64,000 nt of DNA, from positions 1-64,000 of the IMG/VR virus record IMGVR_UViG_3300046786_000226; one strand, written 5' to 3'. Position numbers and translations under genes: made by a program. Below the pieces are notes generated by a model. That model made no database searches and had not been told where the DNA came from. It saw nothing but the letters and a program-made list of their open reading frames with translations. This document shows positions 18,523 through 28,327 of this stretch, in pieces (position 1 is the first letter of the stretch; every line of letters starts with the position of its first letter). Origin of the DNA: a virus. Lineage: Duplodnaviria > Caudoviricetes.

Positions 18523-18751
18523 GTCTTATTCCTGCGTTAGATACTGTTACTTTGTTGCCATATTTTAACTTAATAAGGCACTCAGTGTCAATGTCAATGT
18601 TACCTTCTATAGCATACCAATCTTCTTCATCTGGAGATGTATATTTGTCATACAATGATCTAATTTTAAGTTCAGGGTAGTTATCAGACAACCAATATTC
18701 TAGTTGCTTGAATTCCCAAAAGTTTAAAAATAATTTCATCTGTGATAGCAT
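18515..18751 (-). CDS. hypothetical protein
   Basis: 78-aa ORF in operon. Confidence 0.6.
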   Translation of the reverse strand: MLSQMKLFLNFWEFKQLEYWLSDNYPELKIRSLYDKYTSPDEEDWYAIEGNIDIDTECLIKLKYGNKVTVSNAGIRHG

Positions 18752-18752
18752 G

Positions 18753-19067
18753 TTACTTTGTTTTGCTTTTCTTTGATGCCGTAATCATTGCGGCTTCTTT
18801 CTTTTTCTTTTGAGTAAGAACTTTTGCTTTTACATTTGGTTTCATATCAGCGGGAATATTACTTTCTGCTTTTAGTATAGCATTTCTTACATCCGCCATC
18901 AAAGCTTCATCGTCCCATTCCAATTTAATTGGATAATTATTAGCATCATACGTAATAGTAAGATGACTACCTTTAACTACCGTAGTTTCTGGTAATATAA
19001 TTTTAGCACTACCAATAGTACCTGGCATTTCTAGTGTAATGCTATCTTTTTTCTTTTTTGTTGCCAT
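18753..19067 (-). CDS. hypothetical protein
   Basis: 104 aa, Lys-rich ends. Confidence 0.7.
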   Translation of the reverse strand: MATKKKKDSITLEMPGTIGSAKIILPETTVVKGSHLTITYDANNYPIKLEWDDEALMADVRNAILKAESNIPADMKPNVKAKVLTQKKKKEAAMITASKKSKTK

Positions 19068-19068
19068 A

Positions 19069-19584
19069 TCAGCCTCCTTGTTCGCTGTCTTTGGGGAATG
19101 TTGTACTAAACGGCCATGATGTATTAGGATCGGGGCGTGATTTTAGTTTAACGTTTTCTTCAATTACTTCGCCAGTAAGCTCGTCGCACAAGCTTACTTG
19201 AAATGGTCCATATACAAGAACAACACAGTCTTCTTCTAGCCAATTGTGCTCACCATCATAAAGCCAGCCCGCACCACCTTCATAGTATGCGTCTTTAATA
19301 GTTTGTTGTTCTTCTTCAGATAAGTCGTCACTGAATTCAAATTCAATACTAACGCTGTCATCAAACTCACAGCCCCAACCTACATCTGCTTTAGTGTATG
19401 CTATTCGATCATCTTCCCATGGAAGATTACAATCCATGTCTTCTTCAATGAAGCCTTGCCCCCAGCGATATGTTTCGTCGATGTTAAACCAACTGACAGA
19501 GCCATCATCGTTGTTGCGAAACATTTCTACGTGGTAAACAATGCTTTTCTTTTCCAATGGTTTAATTAAATATACGTTAGACAT
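19069..19584 (-). CDS. hypothetical acidic phage protein
   Basis: Start MSNVYLIK with AGGAG SD. Confidence 0.75.
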   Translation of the reverse strand: MSNVYLIKPLEKKSIVYHVEMFRNNDDGSVSWFNIDETYRWGQGFIEEDMDCNLPWEDDRIAYTKADVGWGCEFDDSVSIEFEFSDDLSEEEQQTIKDAYYEGGAGWLYDGEHNWLEEDCVVLVYGPFQVSLCDELTGEVIEENVKLKSRPDPNTSWPFSTTFPKDSEQGG

Positions 19585-19586
19585 TA

Positions 19587-20015
19587 TCATTCTCCTTTGA
19601 GTTTGTTCATCATCCAAGTATGTGCCGCATCTTGTATATACGGATATTTAGATGCTAATTCCTGATCTTTGCTCATATCCATGATTAACTGTTTCATAAC
19701 TTTAATAACAGATACCCAATCTTCTGCGGTAATAGTTCCTGCTTTAGTTGTTATATCACCATTGTGGTGAAATGTAATAGTGGGTTCAGGAGTGCCAATT
19801 TGAATAGCACTTGGCTGTGTGTTAATACCCTGACTCATCCAACTAGTACCATTCATACCATTGGCAGTTAGAACCTGCCCATTGGCTCCTTGGGCACCAG
19901 CTGCCATAATTGCTTTACCATAAGGAGTTAATCCGGGAACATTTGGTACAGCACCGTAACCTGGCAATGAAGCGGGGTTAGCATTTTGTGCAGTATTTGG
20001 ATTAGAGGTAGCCAT
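19587..20015 (-). CDS. hypothetical protein
   Basis: 142 aa, low-complexity N-terminus. Confidence 0.7.
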   Translation of the reverse strand: MATSNPNTAQNANPASLPGYGAVPNVPGLTPYGKAIMAAGAQGANGQVLTANGMNGTSWMSQGINTQPSAIQIGTPEPTITFHHNGDITTKAGTITAEDWVSVIKVMKQLIMDMSKDQELASKYPYIQDAAHTWMMNKLKGE

Positions 20016-20211
20016 TATGCTCTTCTACTTTCCAAAGATTGATACTTTGGTTTATTGTGTTGTCTCTTGTAGAATAGTTAGGATCGTTTTTTGCTACATA
20101 GGCAATTCTAACTTCTACATTTAGATTTTGTAGCTCTAACATAATATCATTTACTTTAGCTACAAGATCTTTAAGAGCATCGACTTTAGATACTATTACA
20201 GGGTCTTTCAT
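20002..20211 (-). CDS. hypothetical protein
   Basis: 69 aa. Confidence 0.65.
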   Translation of the reverse strand: MKDPVIVSKVDALKDLVAKVNDIMLELQNLNVEVRIAYVAKNDPNYSTRDNTINQSINLWKVEEHNGYL

Positions 20212-20957
20212 TTTGATGCCCAGTCTTGTTGTAGTTTGATATTATCAAAAAACTCTTTCTTTGCACCTGGATCAGTTTTAAATGATCCTTTTAATACTGT
20301 AGTCTGTGTTAAACTAGAGTGTGCCATAATACCACGATTCTCACAGCATCCATGTACTGCTTGAATATAAACACCTAAGCTCTTGGCTCCTGTAGCTTTT
20401 TCGATTTCCCTAGCAATGTCATTAGCAAGTTCCTCCTGGAGAGTACCTCTTCGGGCGCACCACTGGGCGATTCTTGTGTACTTTGAAAGTCCGATGAGTT
20501 TCTCAGCGGCAATAATACCAATATAAGCAACGCCACTAACGGGTTGGTGATGATGGCTACACATACTGCGAAGCTCACTGCGAACAACAAGCATGCCTTC
20601 ATAACGATCTTGCGTGTCGTTTGGAAATGCCGTTGCGTCTGGTCCTGGTTCATATCTACCTGCCATAATTTCATTAAAGTACATTTTGGCAAGTCGTCTT
20701 GCAGTACCTTTACTATTAGGGTCTGTTTCCCTGTCAATAAGCAAACGATCCAATACTAATTCAAAAGCTTCTGTGGCTTCGTCAATTAGTTGTTCTTTGT
20801 TATGGTCGTTAACATATTCGCTGATGTTATCACCTGCCCAGAAACGTTTATTGTCACGTCTCATTTTTGCGCGAAGATAGTTACCTAAGTATTTTTCTTC
20901 TTGATATCCGCCATCACCTGCCATTGCGTCCAGGCCTGTTTCTTTTTTGTCTGTCAT
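20208..20957 (-). CDS. folE: GTP cyclohydrolase I
   Basis: TARRLAKMY, RSMCSHHHQP, GLSKYTRIA, QEELANDIA, HGCCENRG. Confidence 0.95.
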   Translation of the reverse strand: MTDKKETGLDAMAGDGGYQEEKYLGNYLRAKMRRDNKRFWAGDNISEYVNDHNKEQLIDEATEAFELVLDRLLIDRETDPNSKGTARRLAKMYFNEIMAGRYEPGPDATAFPNDTQDRYEGMLVVRSELRSMCSHHHQPVSGVAYIGIIAAEKLIGLSKYTRIAQWCARRGTLQEELANDIAREIEKATGAKSLGVYIQAVHGCCENRGIMAHSSLTQTTVLKGSFKTDPGAKKEFFDNIKLQQDWASK

Positions 20958-21001
20958 TTTATTTTCCTATGTTAAGGCAGAGGTAGTTGCCATATTGTAT
21001 T

Positions 21002-21030
21002 AGTATACAGTAGTATTTAGGTTAAGTCAA
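21002..21030 (-). promoter_or_regulatory. sigma70-type promoter for folE with embedded TAAATA
   Basis: TTGACT-N17-TATACT. Confidence 0.6.
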
Positions 21031-21816
21031 GCGAATTTTATTATTCTTTGCGACTGCGGTTGCCAAAACACTTAGGTCTTGTTCGCACCATTCTGCAAAT
21101 TTCAACATAGCATTGGTGTCTTTTGGAAAGCACATACCACCAAAACCATAATCGCCATCTGGACCTGGAACTTGCATATGACTATTACCAAGTCGTTTAT
21201 CTTGACTAACTGCTTGTTTAATGTTATCCCAATTACATTGGTTATCTTCTGCTAGTTTGGCCATTTCGTTCATAAAAATAACTTTGGTAGCTAGAAAACT
21301 GTTTATAGTATATTTGGCAAAACTAGCTTCGCCAATACTACAATGTGTCACGGAATTTAGATTTGGTTGGCTCATGCGAATGATTCGTTCTGCTTCATTT
21401 CTATATGCCATAGTTGAACCACCAATGATAGCAAAACTTCCATTAACATAATCATTGACAGCATTTGCCGCAGTTAAGAATTCTGGAGCATGTACTAAGT
21501 TGGTATATGAGCATTGCAATCCTATATATACACTGGGTATAGCAGTTACTTTACTAATGATAACACCTTTAAAGCGTACCATTTCTAATTGCTTTAGAAC
21601 ATCAACTAATATACTAGTATCACAGCTTCCATCATTACGTTGCGGACTTGGTACACAGACAAATACCGCGTCGTAGTTTATTATGTCATTATATGTTGCC
21701 ATCCAACCTTTAGCTGGGTCTATGGCCAATAGTTCTACATCAGAGTTATTGATAAAAGAACTATGTATAGCACCGCCGACAAAACCCATTCCTATGATTG
21801 CTACTTTTGTTTTCAT
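21022..21816 (-). CDS. ugd: UDP-glucose/GDP-mannose dehydrogenase-family protein lacking the C-terminal domain
   Basis: IIGMGFVG, VCVPSP, PEFLT, KYTINSFLATKVIFMNE, GFGGMCFPKD; only 264 aa. Confidence 0.85.
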   Translation of the reverse strand: MKTKVAIIGMGFVGGAIHSSFINNSDVELLAIDPAKGWMATYNDIINYDAVFVCVPSPQRNDGSCDTSILVDVLKQLEMVRFKGVIISKVTAIPSVYIGLQCSYTNLVHAPEFLTAANAVNDYVNGSFAIIGGSTMAYRNEAERIIRMSQPNLNSVTHCSIGEASFAKYTINSFLATKVIFMNEMAKLAEDNQCNWDNIKQAVSQDKRLGNSHMQVPGPDGDYGFGGMCFPKDTNAMLKFAEWCEQDLSVLATAVAKNNKIRLT

Positions 21817-22283
21817 TTTATTTCCTTGATCATTTCTGCGTGAGCCACACGTTTGCGTAGATTGCTAGAACTAAAGCTATGATCACGTTGGTTGAATACT
21901 AACTCAATGCCTCGGTCATAACAAATATCTCTGCCTGTAAAATCCTTGTGTTCATATTCAACGCCAAGAATACGAACATCAATGGGTAATGTAAGTAGAA
22001 TATCTTCAAGATCTTTTTCAGTTTGGTATACTACAGTTTCATCGACATAGCGAGTAGCTGCCAATTGTATTTGTCGTTCAACAATACTTTGTACTGGCGG
22101 GTTCTTACTTTCTGGTCTATCAATAGTAGGATCTGTTTGCAGGCCAGCAATTAAGTAATCACAATGATTCTTTGCTTCTGCTAGCATAGCAATATGCCCG
22201 GCATGTAGTAAGTCGAATGTACTAAAGGTAATCCCTATCTTTAGTCCTTTGGCTTTTAAATCTTTAACTTTGTTGAATATCAT
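21813..22283 (-). CDS. cytidylyltransferase (TagD-like)
   Basis: STFDLLHAGH, IAGLQTDP, RDHSFSSS. Confidence 0.85.
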   Translation of the reverse strand: MIFNKVKDLKAKGLKIGITFSTFDLLHAGHIAMLAEAKNHCDYLIAGLQTDPTIDRPESKNPPVQSIVERQIQLAATRYVDETVVYQTEKDLEDILLTLPIDVRILGVEYEHKDFTGRDICYDRGIELVFNQRDHSFSSSNLRKRVAHAEMIKEIK

Positions 22284-22614
22284 TTGTTTCTGGTCCTGCT
22301 GTAACTAATGCTTTAATCATTTCTAAGTGATTATACGCTTCATCTAGTGCTGGGTATTTACTACGCAAGTTCTTAAGTTCTTCTTCCTCTTGCATCTTTT
22401 TCATTACCCAATTCCCGATAACATTTATATCATAGGTACCGCTGTTTTGAATTTGAACAGTATTATCTATTCGTTGCCAAGTACTGCCTGTGCTAACTTC
22501 AAAGCATTTAGTGGCGCCATTCCATTGAACTGCACCTGTAATACTTGGTTGATTATAACTAGTATCTATTTGATACCATCCAGGAGTAGATCCATAACTT
22601 TGTATTTTAATCAT
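22264..22614 (-). CDS. hypothetical phage protein
   Basis: 116 aa. Confidence 0.7.
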   Translation of the reverse strand: MIKIQSYGSTPGWYQIDTSYNQPSITGAVQWNGATKCFEVSTGSTWQRIDNTVQIQNSGTYDINVIGNWVMKKMQEEEELKNLRSKYPALDEAYNHLEMIKALVTAGPETNDIQQS

Positions 22615-23516
22615 AGTTGTATTTCCGTTTCTAAATTTTCAAAAGGCCTGTCAAAGAATTGTCGATAGATTAAACCATCGTTCTTTTGTTTTAAGAATTC
22701 TTCAAATTCTAAGACCATATGATCTGTGTATTCAAATCCAGTTTGTTTTTTGCGATCAATAAGATCCGGATATGCTTCTCTGTATCCTTCTATCTTTGTA
22801 GAATTTACTCCAAGCTTACCTTTAAACTTATCACTGACTAATTGTTGACACCATTTTGTTTTTGTATATGACATTACCAAACCAGGTGTCCATTTAAACC
22901 ATTCACCAACTGCGGGCTTGTTAATTGTTTTAATAAACTTACTCCATGCTACGTCATGTTCCCAGCATCTTACAGCCCACGATCCTTTTGTTGTATAGTC
23001 GTCATTTATTCTATGTATAGAAAGGTCACTGGCACCTAATATTGGTAATCCATCTGTTTGTTCTAAAAAACTACAATAAGGTAATGCCCTGGGTCTATCA
23101 ATTTGTGCTAGCTCTGCTAACCTTTCGGCATCTGCAGAAAAGAACTTTTCTAAATTAAAATCAATGATTTTATAGTCAACACCTAACATTGAACATATAG
23201 TTACAGCATAGCTTACATCATATATGTTATAATCCTTTTCATATCTATAGATATAGATATTTGGTTTGGCACCTGCAGCCAAAAAAGATCTAAGCATAAT
23301 GTCGCTGTCTAGACCGCCGCTAAATAATATGCTGGGTTTATCAGTGTAATGATCCATTACACTCTTTGCGGCATTTATAAGTTCTTCTTTAAATGATAAA
23401 GGTTTGTTATCATACCCGCAAGAAAAACTGGTAGTAAATTTTTTACCAATACTTTGACTGCCGAATAAGTCAGCATCATAAAACCACTTATACCAATTGT
23501 TTTCACTGGTCCACAT
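22611..23516 (-). CDS. PP-loop / asparagine synthase-like protein
   Basis: SFKEELINAAK, ILFSGGLDSDIM. Confidence 0.7.
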   Translation of the reverse strand: MWTSENNWYKWFYDADLFGSQSIGKKFTTSFSCGYDNKPLSFKEELINAAKSVMDHYTDKPSILFSGGLDSDIMLRSFLAAGAKPNIYIYRYEKDYNIYDVSYAVTICSMLGVDYKIIDFNLEKFFSADAERLAELAQIDRPRALPYCSFLEQTDGLPILGASDLSIHRINDDYTTKGSWAVRCWEHDVAWSKFIKTINKPAVGEWFKWTPGLVMSYTKTKWCQQLVSDKFKGKLGVNSTKIEGYREAYPDLIDRKKQTGFEYTDHMVLEFEEFLKQKNDGLIYRQFFDRPFENLETEIQL

Positions 23517-23940
23517 GTTTATATGTTTTGAATACGATATCCCATATAGGAAAAAATAACCCGTAATTTTTAGTTGGGTGTCTATGATGTATTAGATGCC
23601 ATTTTCCTGTACTAGCTAATGGAATATTAACATTTTTGTTATGTTCAAATCTTTCTTGAAAGAAAGCCGCCCATACATAATAGAATACACTGATCCACCA
23701 TTGCCCTGTAATTAAACTAAACAACAAAGTAGGAATGACTTCGGTTACATATAAATCCAATGTACTGATCCACGTATCATTGAACAAAAATAAATTATTC
23801 CAATGCCATCCAGGCGAACCATGTCTAACTATATAGCTATGATGATCCCAATGCCATTCTTTAACATATGGAGTTTTATGCGCTATACGATGTACCCAGT
23901 ATAATACAAAGGTCCATAACAAGAAATATATAATAATCAT
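23503..23940 (-). CDS. fatty acid hydroxylase / sterol desaturase-family membrane enzyme
   Basis: His boxes YWVHRIAH, HWDHH, HLIHHRH, NYGLFFPIWDIVF. Confidence 0.85.
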   Translation of the reverse strand: MIIIYFLLWTFVLYWVHRIAHKTPYVKEWHWDHHSYIVRHGSPGWHWNNLFLFNDTWISTLDLYVTEVIPTLLFSLITGQWWISVFYYVWAAFFQERFEHNKNVNIPLASTGKWHLIHHRHPTKNYGLFFPIWDIVFKTYKHVDQ

Positions 23941-24995
23941 TTTAGATTATTTAATAAATCTTTCGCACTAAAGAAATTCATAGTTAAACTGGCCGCTTGT
24001 TCTTTAAGTTGGCGTAAGCGAGTATGATAATAATCCATGTGCGTCATAATGGCTCGGCACAAGTCTGGACGATAAACATTGTAAGCGTCCCATGATTCTG
24101 TCCATTCGCTTTTGTATTTAAATACATCAAAATACATTTCACTATAGCTTAATCTATCTGGCACCATGGGTATAGCATCTACAACTGCACCTTCATAACA
24201 GCCAATGCCCAGTGTTTCTTGTAGGCTACAACTAAATACCATCTTAGCTTGACCTAACAATGTGTGATACTGTTTCTTAGTTAACTGTTCATCTTGACAA
24301 ACAACAAACTTATATTGTGGCAAGTGAGTTGCCAAGTCGCGGAAGATTTCAACTTGTTTTTCAGGAGCAATACGATGCGGGAACAAAATAAGATCTTGTT
24401 TGTTTAAATTCTTAAATGGCTTTAGAGTCTCGTCCATATACTCCATGGGCCAGCCAGTGCGTATAACTTTGTTGTCTTCTAATTCCACTGTCTCGTCATG
24501 GAATAAGTTATCAGAGAACATGTTAATATGAAAGTCTGTAGCAAAGTAGTTATGATCGAAGGCATGGAAGTAACTTTTCTCTGCGTGTCTAACCCAAGGA
24601 GCATCTCCTACTAAACGTCCGAGAAAGTCTTGTGGGTCATAGCTACCGGCGTGCCATAAGCCGTGTGTAACTACAGGAATACCTAGTAGTTCACTCATGT
24701 ACTTTAAGTTTATGATACCAGGGTGCCAAGCATCAGTAAAGATAAAGTGATCGCCGGGAGAAACGGCTCCGTCACAAAATAAACGGCCCATCTGTTCAAC
24801 TTGAGCTGACTTATATATGTTAGTACCGCCAAAATTAAGAAAAGCACCAGGAGTAGTGGCATTAGGAATATCTTCAGGGCCAGAAATAATTTGAACATTG
24901 TGTCCTGCCTTTCTAAGTAATTGTGGAACATGATCTTTCCACTGTCCAGTGTAGCGTGTGCTCACTGATTCTAAATCAATTAAATAAATTTTCAT
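23937..24995 (-). CDS. GT-B glycosyltransferase
   Basis: FPHRIAPEKQ, YHTLLGQAKMVFSCSLQETLGIGCYEG, PDRLSYSEM. Confidence 0.8.
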   Translation of the reverse strand: MKIYLIDLESVSTRYTGQWKDHVPQLLRKAGHNVQIISGPEDIPNATTPGAFLNFGGTNIYKSAQVEQMGRLFCDGAVSPGDHFIFTDAWHPGIINLKYMSELLGIPVVTHGLWHAGSYDPQDFLGRLVGDAPWVRHAEKSYFHAFDHNYFATDFHINMFSDNLFHDETVELEDNKVIRTGWPMEYMDETLKPFKNLNKQDLILFPHRIAPEKQVEIFRDLATHLPQYKFVVCQDEQLTKKQYHTLLGQAKMVFSCSLQETLGIGCYEGAVVDAIPMVPDRLSYSEMYFDVFKYKSEWTESWDAYNVYRPDLCRAIMTHMDYYHTRLRQLKEQAASLTMNFFSAKDLLNNLK

Positions 24996-25001
24996 AGTTA
25001 T

Positions 25002-25030
25002 ATTGTAAGACCTTATAAGATGATTGTCAA
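25002..25030 (-). promoter_or_regulatory. sigma70-type promoter
   Basis: TTGACA-N17-TACAAT upstream of the glycosyltransferase. Confidence 0.75.
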
Positions 25031-25046
25031 TAAATACTTTACCATT

Positions 25047-25979
25047 ATGAACGAATCCAAAAACATCGAACGCATATTAGAGCTAGCAAAAACACAGGAC
25101 TGGTTACAGTTTCCCGGAGGCTCCGGAGGCGAGTTTTTTGCTTTGCTTATTAGTAAATATTCTCCTATTTATGAAAGCTTAACAAATATTACAACTGTTA
25201 ATAGTGATAATAGAACATTAATTGAACTGCCTAAATTTTTTAAGATGATGGCTAGTGTGCCTGCATTAGATGGAGACATAACAAACCTTTGTTCAGGAAT
25301 AATTCGAGATTCCAAAATATTAAGATTAGATTTGGATAAAGAATTGGCTATCGCAGAAGAGTTTATCAAAGATAAAAAGTACTTATTGAGAATACATTAT
25401 TCGTTCAATGACTATTTTAATAAACAAAATACATTTGCAATCATACCAGATAGTTTATTATGGCTAGAATATACTTCGTTGATGTGCGTAATAAAGGCAG
25501 GCGGCTATAAAATAAACCATGAACTTGCGTCAATGTATTTCGATGAATATACAATCAAACGCGGCACTGATAGAAAAAGATATGACGATGCGTTAGACTG
25601 GATGTTACAAAATAATCACAGCGAAATTTATTTCGGTCATATACAATGTATCGAGTATATGGAAGAAATAGGCGGTTATAAAGACGTATTTGCTATGTCT
25701 TTAAAAGATATATACGATTTCTTTGCCAACAAGATTAACAACAATATAGATGTACCGTGGTGTCAAGTTTACCATCCAGAGTTTATAACTCAAACACAGA
25801 CTTTACTAACAGACCGTATGAACATTATTAATTATACTAAGATATTCGAAAAAGATTATTTGGAAAGCATGTTTAACATAACAGATCCTGCTTTTCACGA
25901 TGAGTTAATTGCTTGGCATGAAAAAAACATTGCGTTAATTAAATCGCATGGATTTAATACAGATCAGTTTATCTTATGA
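25047..25979 (+). CDS. GGSGGEF-family protein 1 (sulfotransferase/P-loop-like)
   Basis: FPGGSGGEFFALLISKYS; C-terminal YLESMF..WHEKN shared with two paralogs. Confidence 0.65.
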   Translation: MNESKNIERILELAKTQDWLQFPGGSGGEFFALLISKYSPIYESLTNITTVNSDNRTLIELPKFFKMMASVPALDGDITNLCSGIIRDSKILRLDLDKELAIAEEFIKDKKYLLRIHYSFNDYFNKQNTFAIIPDSLLWLEYTSLMCVIKAGGYKINHELASMYFDEYTIKRGTDRKRYDDALDWMLQNNHSEIYFGHIQCIEYMEEIGGYKDVFAMSLKDIYDFFANKINNNIDVPWCQVYHPEFITQTQTLLTDRMNIINYTKIFEKDYLESMFNITDPAFHDELIAWHEKNIALIKSHGFNTDQFIL

Positions 25980-26941
25980 TTACAGAACAAGCAGTTAGAC
26001 AATGTATCACTGATATATTTGATCAATATACTTTACATTACCTTGCTTATCAAGGAGGATCAGGCGGCGAGTTTTTAATATCTAAAATCAGACAATACTC
26101 TGAAATTTATAATACTAAGAATACATCATCGACGGTAGAATCGACAAACAGAACAATATTACAGATGAATCATTTTTTATCTGTAATTTATTTTTCAAGG
26201 CTTCATAACGGAAACCTAAGAGATATAAAAGATTTAATATTCACCGAATTAAGCAGGATTGCCAACGGAGATTTAAACTTAGTGTTATCGATGATAGACT
26301 CGACAAACTCGATATTAATTCCCAACAAGGCAAACTTATGTAAATTACATTTAACTTCTAATTCTTATTTTAACAAAGAAAACACATGGTCTATGTACAT
26401 AGACAATAAAGACAGCTTTGATTACGTAAACAAATTAAGATACTTAAAAGTGTTTAAAAATAAATGGACCATTGATAAGATAATAGATAATTATAAAATT
26501 AATTTTTGGAAGCTCAGCGACAAATTAGATATACTAGATAAATTTGCCACTTGGGCAAATAATAAAGGCATTAATGAAATAGAAGAAATATACATCGCTT
26601 GTATGTTTATCGATCATGTATTTTCTGATTTTGAAAATTTTGAAAAGCTATTGTCTGTACCTGCTGACGAATTATACTTACAATATTCATCGGACTTAGA
26701 TGACAGTTATGAAAATCGAAAAGATTTTATGGAAGAAACAACAGCAAATACAAATAGAATCTATTACAGTAAATTACTTGACAAAGGCTATCTAGAAGAT
26801 ATGTTTAAAATATCTAACAGTGACTTCCGTAAGGATTTACTAGAATGGCATGATAAAAATATGAATAATGTTATGTTATTAGACAAAAAGACTTATTCGT
26901 CGACTTCTTCGTCGCCAACATACTCTTTCCAATCAGTATAA
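25976..26941 (+). CDS. GGSGGEF-family protein 2
   Basis: YQGGSGGEFLISKIRQYS; YLEDMF..WHDKN. Confidence 0.65.
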   Translation: MITEQAVRQCITDIFDQYTLHYLAYQGGSGGEFLISKIRQYSEIYNTKNTSSTVESTNRTILQMNHFLSVIYFSRLHNGNLRDIKDLIFTELSRIANGDLNLVLSMIDSTNSILIPNKANLCKLHLTSNSYFNKENTWSMYIDNKDSFDYVNKLRYLKVFKNKWTIDKIIDNYKINFWKLSDKLDILDKFATWANNKGINEIEEIYIACMFIDHVFSDFENFEKLLSVPADELYLQYSSDLDDSYENRKDFMEETTANTNRIYYSKLLDKGYLEDMFKISNSDFRKDLLEWHDKNMNNVMLLDKKTYSSTSSSPTYSFQSV

Positions 26942-27432
26942 ACTTTTCTATCCATCAAGTCGTGTAGACTATGGCACCATACTCCAGGATTGCTATGCCC
27001 CCAAGTTGTGTCATCAATCTTTAGTGTAGCATTGTAATTGTAAAGTTTGAGGTGTGGAAGTTTTACACTGATCATTGGAATGAATGTATTATACTCACAC
27101 CAACCTTCTTCGTTGAATGTATCAGCATATTCTACACCAAAGTCAAGTGTAACCCAATAACCAGCATCTAATAACTCTACAATCATTTTATCCCAAGCTT
27201 TCCAATCATCATAGTCTTTGGGAGTAAAACTTTGACTAGTCCCTAGATAGATATGTCTGATATGTTTGCTAGTATCATTATAAGAATTTTGTTCGTTGAT
27301 GATACTTACAATTTTATCAACGGGTTGAACACCTACTACAAATAGAGTGCGTTCACCATACATAGTAGTACGTTCTACTTCTATGCCGATAAAATAAGTT
27401 GCTGCCTTTCGGCCTACTGTGTCAATTGCCAT
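26893..27432 (-). CDS. hypothetical protein in the deazaguanine/GT locus
   Basis: Start MAIDTVGRK; FIGIEVE, IYLGTSQSF, SNPGVWCHSLHDL. Confidence 0.75.
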   Translation of the reverse strand: MAIDTVGRKAATYFIGIEVERTTMYGERTLFVVGVQPVDKIVSIINEQNSYNDTSKHIRHIYLGTSQSFTPKDYDDWKAWDKMIVELLDAGYWVTLDFGVEYADTFNEEGWCEYNTFIPMISVKLPHLKLYNYNATLKIDDTTWGHSNPGVWCHSLHDLMDRKVYTDWKEYVGDEEVDE

Positions 27433-28327
27433 TATTATTCCAATATATATAACCTCTGCTATAACCTGCAGGGCGGTTAAGGCCGTCAGCAAATGCTTGT
27501 TGCCATTCTGAATCTCTATTATAACCTTTAGTCCAGAAACTGTCAACATTAATGTCGCCACTTTTAATCCACATAGCGGCGTCTTCCATACAATGATAAA
27601 ATCTATCTGTTCGTGGACTTGGGAATATCATAGTACAGGCTTTCCAAAGTAAATTGGAGAAGTCTGTACTAACTTGTTTTTGACTTCCAAATACTACTAG
27701 TGCTTCATTATTTAGAATAGGTTTCTCAAAAACATCTGTCTTACTGCTCAAGTCAATGACTACATCAAATGTACCTTCATAGTCTTGATCTAAGACATCA
27801 CCCCAAAGTTCTTTGTTGCTATTACCTACTACTGTAATATCAAACTCTAAGTGATTAAGCAAGATAGTATTATAAGCAACCCAAGCAAGAAAACCACTGC
27901 CAAGTATTAATAGTCTCTTACCTTCACTAGCCCTTTCAGCCATTTCTCTAATAGGTTGTTGTACTACATTAATTCCACAAGCCACTGGTTCTAAAATATA
28001 TCTAGGATGTGCTTCGGGTACAACGACATATTCATTGACTCTAACATTGTATACATCTGCGTAAGCAGGTTCGCCACGAGTAGCTACAATATCTCCTACT
28101 TGTGTTGTGCCAATGTTTTTACCAACTTTAATTACTCGACCTAAACCTTCGTGTCCTTGCATATTAATAGGCAAAGGACCAAAGTCTCCATTCATCATAT
28201 CGATATCACTGCGACAAACTCCTGTCATGATATTTTGCACAGTAATCTCGTGGTCACCACAATCTGGATTATCCCAAGTAGTTTCTATAAAATTACCCGT
28301 ACCAGTTGTTTGTAGTATTCTTGTCAT
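27422..28327 (-). CDS. zinc-binding MDR dehydrogenase-like protein
   Basis: GVCRSD, QGHEGLGRV, VGDIV, LEPVACG, LILGSGFLA. Confidence 0.85.
   Translation of the reverse strand: MTRILQTTGTGNFIETTWDNPDCGDHEITVQNIMTGVCRSDIDMMNGDFGPLPINMQGHEGLGRVIKVGKNIGTTQVGDIVATRGEPAYADVYNVRVNEYVVVPEAHPRYILEPVACGINVVQQPIREMAERASEGKRLLILGSGFLAWVAYNTILLNHLEFDITVVGNSNKELWGDVLDQDYEGTFDVVIDLSSKTDVFEKPILNNEALVVFGSQKQVSTDFSNLLWKACTMIFPSPRTDRFYHCMEDAAMWIKSGDINVDSFWTKGYNRDSEWQQAFADGLNRPAGYSRGYIYWNNNGN

Noticed and set aside
18515-20211. A canonical queD or queC between queE and folE
   Set aside because: None of these ORFs has the QueD C...HGH or QueC SGGxDS plus Cys motifs.
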